From: Syntrophales bacterium
Lineage (GTDB): Bacteria; Desulfobacterota; Syntrophia; Syntrophales; UBA6807
DNA length: 64,000 bases
Direction of reading: 5' to 3'
Assembly (NCBI GenBank): GCA_040767195.1
Contig: JAXGPA010000002.1
Span: 160,001-224,000 of the forward strand
Shown: piece by piece, positions 57,454 to 64,000 of the stretch
Position numbering within the stretch: position 1 is the stretch's first letter
Layout of the letters: each line of letters begins with the position of its first letter
Made by a program: the position numbers and the translations under genes
The notes under the pieces: model-generated
Told to the model about the DNA's origin: nothing
The model's database searches: none
The model's input: only the letters and a program-made list of their open reading frames with translations

Positions 57454-58749
57454 TCAAGACTTTTTTCCCCTGAGACGGAGGGAAACGGCCCTTCCGTGGG
57501 CCTCGAGCCCTTCCATGCCGGCGAAACGGATCACCGTTTCCCCATGCCGCCGGAGGGCCTGCGCTGAAAAATCCAGAACGCTCATCCTTTTCACGAAATC
57601 GTAGACCCCGAGCGGCGAGGCGAAACGGGCGGTCCCCCCTGTTGGCAGGATGTGGTTCGGGCCGGCGAGGTAATCCCCCAGGGCCTCGGGTGTGTTCTCC
57701 CCGAGAAAGATGGCCCCGGCGCCGGTGACCCGGGGCAGGATTTCCCCGGGGTTCCGGACCATGAGTTCCAGGTGCTCCGGCGCGAAGCGGTTCGCCAGGA
57801 AAAGGGCCTCTTCGAGATCCCGGGTCACGATGACCCGGCCGAACCGCTCGATGGACTGCCGGGCGATCTCCCCCCGGGAGAGGTCTTTCAGCTGGCGGTC
57901 CACCTCCCCGGCGACCCGGCGGGCCAGCCCCAGGTCCGGGGTCAGGAACAGCGCCGAAGCCAGGCCGTCGTGCTCCGCCTGGGAAAGCAGGTCGGCGGCG
58001 ATCACGGCGGGATCCCCCGTTCCGTCGGACAGGACGAGGATTTCGCTCGGGCCGGCGATCATGTCGATGCCCACGTCCCCGAAAACCAGTTTTTTCGCCG
58101 TGGCCACGTAGATGTTGCCCGGCCCGACGATCTTGTCCACCGCCGGAACCGATTCGGTCCCGTAGGCCAGGGCCGCCACGGCCTGGGCACCGCCGATCCT
58201 GAAAACGCGGGTCACGCCGGCCAGGCGGGCGGCGGCGAGGAGGACCGGCTGAACGATGCCGTTTTTGGCCGGCGTGGCGAGAACGATCTCCCGGACCCCC
58301 GCCACCCGGGCGGGAATGGCCCCCATGAGGACCGTCGACGGGTAGGCCGCCAGGCCGCCGGGGGCATAGACGCCCACGCGCCCGAGGGGTATCGTTTCCT
58401 GGCCCATGACGGCCCCGTCCTCTTCCATGCGCCAGGATGGGATCACCTGGTTTTCGTGAAACCGCTCGATCCTTTCCGCGGCGACCTGGAGGATCTCCCG
58501 GACATCCCCGTCAATCTCCCGAAGAGCCCGGTCCAGCACCTCCGCCGGGATCTCGACGGAATCTTTCGAAAGGCGGGTCCCGTCGAACCGCTCCGTGTAG
58601 GCGAAAAGGGCCTCGTCCCCCCTTTCGCGGACATCCGCCAGGATAGTCCTGACCGTCTCTTCCACCGTCGCGTTGGACGGGAGTTTCCGTTCCCGGATCC
58701 GCCTGAATTCCCCCTCGAAGGAGGCCTCCGTCGTTTCGATGATCTTCAC
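57454..58749 (-). CDS. hisD: Histidinol dehydrogenase
   Basis: GGAQAVAALAYG, DMIAGPSE, QAEH, APEHLEL and GPNHILPT. Confidence 0.96.
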   Translation of the reverse strand: MKIIETTEASFEGEFRRIRERKLPSNATVEETVRTILADVRERGDEALFAYTERFDGTRLSKDSVEIPAEVLDRALREIDGDVREILQVAAERIERFHENQVIPSWRMEEDGAVMGQETIPLGRVGVYAPGGLAAYPSTVLMGAIPARVAGVREIVLATPAKNGIVQPVLLAAARLAGVTRVFRIGGAQAVAALAYGTESVPAVDKIVGPGNIYVATAKKLVFGDVGIDMIAGPSEILVLSDGTGDPAVIAADLLSQAEHDGLASALFLTPDLGLARRVAGEVDRQLKDLSRGEIARQSIERFGRVIVTRDLEEALFLANRFAPEHLELMVRNPGEILPRVTGAGAIFLGENTPEALGDYLAGPNHILPTGGTARFASPLGVYDFVKRMSVLDFSAQALRRHGETVIRFAGMEGLEAHGRAVSLRLRGKKS

Positions 58750-58750
58750 G

Positions 58751-60001
58751 TCAGGCCTTCACCCTTTCTATGTCCGCGCCGAGACGGGACAGTTTCCCGT
58801 CCAGGCAGTCATACCCCCTGTCCAGGTGGTACACTCTCGAGAGTTCCGTTTTCCCCTCGGCCACGAGGCCCGCCAGCACGAGGGACGCCGACGCCCTCAG
58901 GTCCGTGGCCATGACGGGCGCCCCGTTGAGCCGCTCGACACCGGAAACGACGGCGTTGCGGCCTTCGATGCGGATGTCCGCCCCGAGCCGCACCAGTTCC
59001 TGTACGTGCATGAAGCGGTTCTCGAAAACCGTTTCCCGGATGACGCTCGTTCCGGAGGACCCGGTCATCATAGCCATGAACTGGGCCTGGAGGTCCGTGG
59101 GAAAGCCCGGATAGGGCAGGGTCGTCACGTCGACGCTCTCGATCCGGCCGGGGCCGCGGACACGGAAGCCGTTCTCCAGGCGGTCGACCCGCGCCCCGGC
59201 CTCCCGCAGCTTCGTGGTCAGGGCCTCTAGATGACCGGGAGCGCAGTTGAGGACCGTCACGTCTCCGCCCGTCATGGCGGCGGCGATCATGTACGTGCCC
59301 GCCTCGATGCGGTCCGGAATGACCGTTCCCGTGGCGGGCCGCAGGGCCTTGACCCCCTCGATAACGATCGTTCCCGTTCCGGCGCCCTCGATCCGGGCCC
59401 CCATGCTCTTGAGGACGTCTGCCAGGTTGGCAATCTCCGGTTCCAGGGCGGCATTTTCGAGAACCGTCGTTCCCTCGGCCAGGGTTGCCGCCATCATGAT
59501 GTTTTCCGTTCCCGTCACGGTGGAGACGTCAAAATACACCCGGGCCCCCCGGAGACGGGCCGCCCGGGCCTCGATATAGCCTTCATCGATACGGATCTCC
59601 GCCCCCATCCGCTTCAGGGCCTTCAGGTGCAGGTCCACGGGCCTCGCCCCGATGGCGCACCCACCCGGCAGGGAGACCCGCGCCCGGCCGAGGCGGGCCA
59701 CCAGGGGACCGAGAACGAGAACGGAAGCCCGCATGGTCTTCACCAGGTCATAGGAGGCCTGGCAGTCCCGGATGTTACCCGTGTTGATCCGCAGCGGGTC
59801 GCCCTCCTCGATGGAGGCCCCGAGTTCCACCAGGAGTTTCTTGATGGTCCGGACGTCCGCCACGTCGGGCGCGAAGCGGTAGCTGTGCCAGCCGTCCGCC
59901 AGAAGAGAGGAGACGAGAACGGGCAGGGCGGCGTTTTTCGCCCCGCTCACATGAACCTCCCCCCGGAGCGGCTTGCCGCCCCTGATAATCATTTTATCCA
60001 T
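58751..60001 (-). CDS. murA: UDP-N-acetylglucosamine 1-carboxyvinyltransferase
   Basis: [26 protein letters not shown] and DLRA. Confidence 0.96.
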   Translation of the reverse strand: MDKMIIRGGKPLRGEVHVSGAKNAALPVLVSSLLADGWHSYRFAPDVADVRTIKKLLVELGASIEEGDPLRINTGNIRDCQASYDLVKTMRASVLVLGPLVARLGRARVSLPGGCAIGARPVDLHLKALKRMGAEIRIDEGYIEARAARLRGARVYFDVSTVTGTENIMMAATLAEGTTVLENAALEPEIANLADVLKSMGARIEGAGTGTIVIEGVKALRPATGTVIPDRIEAGTYMIAAAMTGGDVTVLNCAPGHLEALTTKLREAGARVDRLENGFRVRGPGRIESVDVTTLPYPGFPTDLQAQFMAMMTGSSGTSVIRETVFENRFMHVQELVRLGADIRIEGRNAVVSGVERLNGAPVMATDLRASASLVLAGLVAEGKTELSRVYHLDRGYDCLDGKLSRLGADIERVKA

Positions 60002-60019
60002 GATTCACCTTTGACGACT

Positions 60020-60898
60020 TCATCCCCTTTTTCTCCGGGCGGCGGCGACCCGCTCCCGCCCGCCGTAATCCCGGCTGACGGAAATGCCTTCATATCCGCC
60101 CGACCGTTCGAAAAGATCCCGGACCAGCCCCCCCTGCCCGTCGCCGATCTCCATGAGAAGCCAGCCGCCAGGCTTGAGGCAGCGCGGTCCGTCTTCGATC
60201 AGGGCCCGGTGACAGGCCGTTCCTCCCTCACCCGCGAGAAGGGCCCGGGCCGGTTCGAAGTCCCGCACATCCCGCTCGAGATCCCCGTACTCGGCGGCAT
60301 CGATGTAAGGCGGATTGGAAACGATGCCGTCAAAAGGCCCCCTCACGGGGTGAAGCATGTCCCCGAGGAAAAAAGTCACCCGGCCCGCCACGCCGTGACG
60401 CCTCGCGTTTTTTGCGGCCACCGGCAGGGCGTCCCGGGAGATGTCCGACGCCGCCACCCGGGAAGCGGGGAAGAGCTTGGCCAGGACTACCGCCAGGATC
60501 CCCGAGCCGGTCCCCACGTCGAGAAAGGAGAGGGGGGGCCGGGACACGCCGGAAAAGCGGCGGAGGGCTTCCTCGACGAGAATCTCCGTCTCCGGCCGGG
60601 GAATCAGAACGGCGGGGCTCACGAAAAAATCGAGGGACCAGAATTCCTTTTCACCGAGGATGTAGGCGACGGGTTCCCCGGTCCGTCTCCTGTCGATGAG
60701 CTTCCGGTAGTTTTCCAGGCTCCCCGAATCGATGACGCCGTCCCTTTCCCGGTGAAGAAAGGCCCTGTCCCGGCCCAGGACCCGGGCGAGGAGAATCTCC
60801 GCGTCCAGGCGGGCCGATGAAACACCCCCCGCCTCGAGGCGGGCCGCCCCCCGGCGGAGGGCGTCCCCCAGGACCGGCGGGAAGGATCGGCTCTTCAT
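60020..60898 (-). CDS. prmC: Release factor glutamine methyltransferase
   Basis: LIPRPETE, DVGTGSG and SNPPY. Confidence 0.95.
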   Translation of the reverse strand: MKSRSFPPVLGDALRRGAARLEAGGVSSARLDAEILLARVLGRDRAFLHRERDGVIDSGSLENYRKLIDRRRTGEPVAYILGEKEFWSLDFFVSPAVLIPRPETEILVEEALRRFSGVSRPPLSFLDVGTGSGILAVVLAKLFPASRVAASDISRDALPVAAKNARRHGVAGRVTFFLGDMLHPVRGPFDGIVSNPPYIDAAEYGDLERDVRDFEPARALLAGEGGTACHRALIEDGPRCLKPGGWLLMEIGDGQGGLVRDLFERSGGYEGISVSRDYGGRERVAAARRKRG

Positions 60899-60899
60899 C

Positions 60900-61970
60900 T
60901 CACGAGGCTGCCGCTTTCAGGGCTTCCGTCTGGTAGTGGGTGATGAGCCCGTCGATAAATTCGTCGATGACGCCGTCGAGCACCTTTTCCAGGCTGTACA
61001 GGGTCATCCCGATCCGGTGGTCGGTCACCCGGCCCTGGGGAAAATTGTAGGTCCGGATCCTCTCGCTCCGGTCGCCGGTGCCCACCTGTTTCTTCCGCGT
61101 TTCCGAAATGAGGGCATCCTGTTCCGCCTGCTTCCGGTCCAGGAGGCGGGCCCGGAGAACCTTCATGGCCTTCGCCTTGTTCTTGTGCTGCGATTTTTCG
61201 TCCTGGCACGTGACCACGAGGCCCGAGGGAAGATGGGTGATCCGAACGGCCGAGTCGGTCGTGTTGACGCTCTGCCCGCCGTGACCGGTGGACCGGTAGA
61301 CGTCGATCCGGAGTTCAGCTGGGTCGATGTCCACCTCCACCTCTTCCGCTTCGGGAAGGATGGCCACGGTCACCGCCGAGGTGTGAATCCTACCCTGGGC
61401 TTCCGTGAGGGGCACCCGCTGCACCCGGTGGACGCCGCTTTCGTACTTGAGCCGGCTGTAGGCGCCCCGGCCCTCGATCATCCCGATGATTTCCTTGAAC
61501 CCGCCCATGCCCCCCCCCTGGGTGGCACTCACGATCTCCATCCGCCATCCCCGGGACTCGGCGTAGCGGGCATACATGCGGAACAGGTCCGCCGCGAAGA
61601 GGGCCGCCTCGTCGCCTCCCGTTCCCGCCCGGATTTCCAGGAAGACGTTCCGTTCGTCATTGGGGTCCCTGGGGAGCAGGAGAATTTTCAGCTCTTCCTC
61701 GAAAACGGCGATCTCTTCCCTGAGCCTCGGAATTTCCTCCCTCAAAAGCTCTTTCCACTCGTCGTCCCCCTCCTTGAGAAGTTCCTGGTCCTCCCGGAGC
61801 TGGGCCTTCTTCTTCCCGTACCGCCGATAAAGGTCGACGATGGGCGCGATCTCCGAATGCTCCCGGACATACTTCTGAAACTCGGAGCGGTTGTTCAGGA
61901 CATCGGGGCTCGAGAGGAGCCTTTCCAGCTCTTCGCAGCGCTTTTCTATTTCATGGAGTTTATCGAACAT
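60900..61970 (-). CDS. prfA: Peptide chain release factor 1
   Basis: VQRVPLTE (PxT), GGQ motif and [10 protein letters not shown]. Confidence 0.96.
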   Translation of the reverse strand: MFDKLHEIEKRCEELERLLSSPDVLNNRSEFQKYVREHSEIAPIVDLYRRYGKKKAQLREDQELLKEGDDEWKELLREEIPRLREEIAVFEEELKILLLPRDPNDERNVFLEIRAGTGGDEAALFAADLFRMYARYAESRGWRMEIVSATQGGGMGGFKEIIGMIEGRGAYSRLKYESGVHRVQRVPLTEAQGRIHTSAVTVAILPEAEEVEVDIDPAELRIDVYRSTGHGGQSVNTTDSAVRITHLPSGLVVTCQDEKSQHKNKAKAMKVLRARLLDRKQAEQDALISETRKKQVGTGDRSERIRTYNFPQGRVTDHRIGMTLYSLEKVLDGVIDEFIDGLITHYQTEALKAAAS

Positions 61971-62179
61971 GGCGACCGGGTAAAACGCCGTTCACCCTCG
62001 ACATGGAGAAAGAACGGCCGGTGGATGCGGAAAAAACTCACGGGCTGGGGGGCCCGGACGACCGGGGCAGCGGTTCCGCCCGCCCCGGACCGGATCCGGT
62101 TTTCGACCTCCCGGTTCGGGAAGCACGGGAGAAACGTGGGATCGGAATGACCCTACTCCGGGCGGCGGGCCTGTCCGGG

Positions 62180-62395
62180 TCAGTCTTCCTTCTTTTCCAG
62201 GCCGGCGTATTTCCTCCGGAAGCTCTCAACCCGGCCGGCGGTGTCGATGATTTTCTGCTTACCCGTCATGAAGGGGTGGCACTGGGAACAAATTTCGACC
62301 TTGATGTCTTTTCTCGTGGACTTCGTCTCGATGACGTTCCCGCAGACACAGGTGATCGTCGTATCTTCGTAGGCGGGATGAATGTCTTTCTTCAT
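62180..62395 (-). CDS. rpmE: 50S ribosomal protein L31 (zinc-binding type)
   Basis: MKKDIHP, CVCG and CSQCHPF. Confidence 0.95.
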   Translation of the reverse strand: MKKDIHPAYEDTTITCVCGNVIETKSTRKDIKVEICSQCHPFMTGKQKIIDTAGRVESFRRKYAGLEKKED

Positions 62396-62492
62396 TTACC
62401 TGGAATCCTCCTTCGTGAGAAGAAAATTACGTAAATTGTCCTTTTATCTTTTTATATTCGGATTTTCAAGAAGATTTTACCATTGAAGGGGG

Positions 62493-63740
62493 TCACTGGT
62501 TCATGGAGCCGAAAAACTCCTCGTTGGTCTGTGTTTTCCGGATCTTGTCCGTGATGAATTCAATGGCTTCCACGGGGTTCATCTCCTGGAGGAGACGCCT
62601 CAAAATCCAGATACGGTTCATGTGCTCCCTGGGGATGAGGAGTTCCTCTTTCCGCGTTCCCGACCGGATGAGATCGAAAGCCGGGAAGATGCGCCGATCG
62701 GCGATCCGCCGGTCCAGGTGGAGTTCCATGTTTCCCGTTCCCTTGAATTCCTCGAAAATGACCTCGTCCATGCGGCTCCCCGTGTCCACGAGGGCGGTGG
62801 CGATGATGGTGAGGCTCCCGCCCGTCTCGATGTTCCGGGCGGCCCCGAAAAACCGCTTCGGCTTGTGGAGGGCGTTCGAATCGACGCCGCCGGACAGGAC
62901 TTTCCCGCTTGGCGGAACGACGGCGTTGTAAGCCCGGGCGAGGCGGGTGATGCTGTCCAGGAGAATGACCACGTCCCGGTTGTGCTCCACCAGGCGCTTC
63001 GCCTTTTCCAGGACCATCTCGGAAACCTGGATGTGCCGCGTGGCCGTTTCGTCGAAGGTGGACGAGATCACCTCTCCGCGGACGCTCCGTTCCATGTCCG
63101 TAACCTCTTCCGGGCGTTCGTCGATGAGGAGTACCATGAGAATGACTTCGGGGTGATTTTTGGCGATGCTGTTGGCAATGTCCTTAAGGAGGACCGTCTT
63201 GCCCGCCCGGGGGGGGGACACGATGAGCCCCCTCTGGCCTTTGCCGATGGGGGTGAAGAGGTTCATGACCCGGGTGGAGAGGTTCTCGGGGTCGGACTCG
63301 AGATTGAGCCTTTCCTCCGGGTACAGGGGCGTCAGGTTGTCGAAAAGGATCTTGTCCCGCGCCGCTTCCGGGGCCTCGAAATTCACCGCGTCCACCTTGA
63401 GGAGAGCGAAGTACTTCTCCCCTTCCTTGGGCGGCCGGACGTCTCCGATGACGGTGTCTCCCGTCCGGAGGGCAAACCGCCGGATCTGAGACGGGGAAAC
63501 GTAAATGTCATCGGGACCGGGAAGATAGTTGTATCCCACGGAACGAAGAAAACCGAACCCGTCGGGAAGGGTTTCCAGGACGCCCTCCCCCACGATGGAC
63601 CCGTTTTTTTCCGACTGGGCCTGGAGAATGGAAAAGATGAGATCCTGGCGCCTCATGCCGGTGGCGTCGGGAACGTTCAGTTCCTTGGCCAGTTCGGTCA
63701 GTTCGCCGATCGTGTGCCTCTTGATTTCCGAAATGTTCAT
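62493..63740 (-). CDS. rho: Transcription termination factor Rho
   Basis: [24 protein letters not shown] and [10 protein letters not shown]. Confidence 0.97.
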   Translation of the reverse strand: MNISEIKRHTIGELTELAKELNVPDATGMRRQDLIFSILQAQSEKNGSIVGEGVLETLPDGFGFLRSVGYNYLPGPDDIYVSPSQIRRFALRTGDTVIGDVRPPKEGEKYFALLKVDAVNFEAPEAARDKILFDNLTPLYPEERLNLESDPENLSTRVMNLFTPIGKGQRGLIVSPPRAGKTVLLKDIANSIAKNHPEVILMVLLIDERPEEVTDMERSVRGEVISSTFDETATRHIQVSEMVLEKAKRLVEHNRDVVILLDSITRLARAYNAVVPPSGKVLSGGVDSNALHKPKRFFGAARNIETGGSLTIIATALVDTGSRMDEVIFEEFKGTGNMELHLDRRIADRRIFPAFDLIRSGTRKEELLIPREHMNRIWILRRLLQEMNPVEAIEFITDKIRKTQTNEEFFGSMNQ

Positions 63741-64000
63741 GCCGTTTCCCTTTTGAGTGTAATTCCCCTTCTCCTGCTGGATACAGGACAGGGCTCCGCG
63801 GACATCTGCCGCGTTGGCGCCGTCGACCCGAAACTACCGCCGTGTGGCTCGGCCGTGTTTTCAGGAGACATAGAGGGTGTCTGAATCAGGCGGTTTTAAG
63901 AGCTTACTGAACTCCTTAGTGTAAAGGAAGGGTTTGAGTATCTAGAGTTAGCCGAGTATTTATATCATCCACGCGGCCATGTCAAGACAATTTTCCCCGG

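Noticed and set aside
1..64000. Many long ORFs antisense to or overlapping real genes (e.g. 4437-6137, 8928-10775, 47302-49947, 52885-55272)
   Set aside because: These are shadow frames expected from high GC3 codon usage. They have no recognisable motifs, and the opposite strand carries clear conserved genes.
1..64000. CRISPR arrays, prophage, transposases, defence systems, selenocysteine recoding
   Set aside because: No regularly spaced repeats, no such protein motifs, and no redox gene that appears interrupted by an in-frame TGA.

Overview
GC-rich chromosomal window from an anaerobic deltaproteobacterium (Desulfobacterota). Gene content points to a Syntrophales-like syntrophic fatty-acid degrader (inference). 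The left arm (1-12.5 kb) is a fatty-acid catabolic block: acs-etfB-etfA-membrane FeS/CCG oxidoreductase, a CoA-transferase relic, fadL, a long-chain acyl-CoA ligase, an alpha/beta hydrolase, and a divergent major porin. The middle holds hflX, an SDR, a four-subunit 2-oxoacid:ferredoxin oxidoreductase operon, waaA, a Tat-exported MBL hydrolase, rpe, a DHH protein, a NYN protein, an L,D-transpeptidase, asd, holA, LOG, rpsU, hisC, a lipoyl ligase, gcvH, an M24 peptidase, yhhQ-queF, and a stripped-down pilMNOPQ followed by a large Ig-like lipoprotein. The right arm is core housekeeping: rho, rpmE, prfA-prmC-murA-hisD, tRNA-Gly(CCC), and rimP-nusA-infB-DUF503-rbfA-nrnA-truB-rpsO-pnp-M16-dut-DUF39-ftsB. 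Best novel signal: a complete ribosome-dependent attenuator (sigma70 promoter, Leu-rich leader peptide, antiterminator, terminator) in front of a VOR-like 2-oxoacid:ferredoxin oxidoreductase. This suggests leucine-regulated anabolic reductive carboxylation of branched acyl-CoAs. Other notable signals: a 20-nt complement of the 16S rRNA 3' end in the porin 5' leader, a probable ATC start codon for hflX, a compositionally anomalous C-terminal patch in the Ig-like adhesin, a domain-reduced PilQ/PilM/PilP set, and a MITE-like repeat. No CRISPR array, integrase, transposase or reverse transcriptase was seen. All family assignments come from motif recognition by eye, not database searches.
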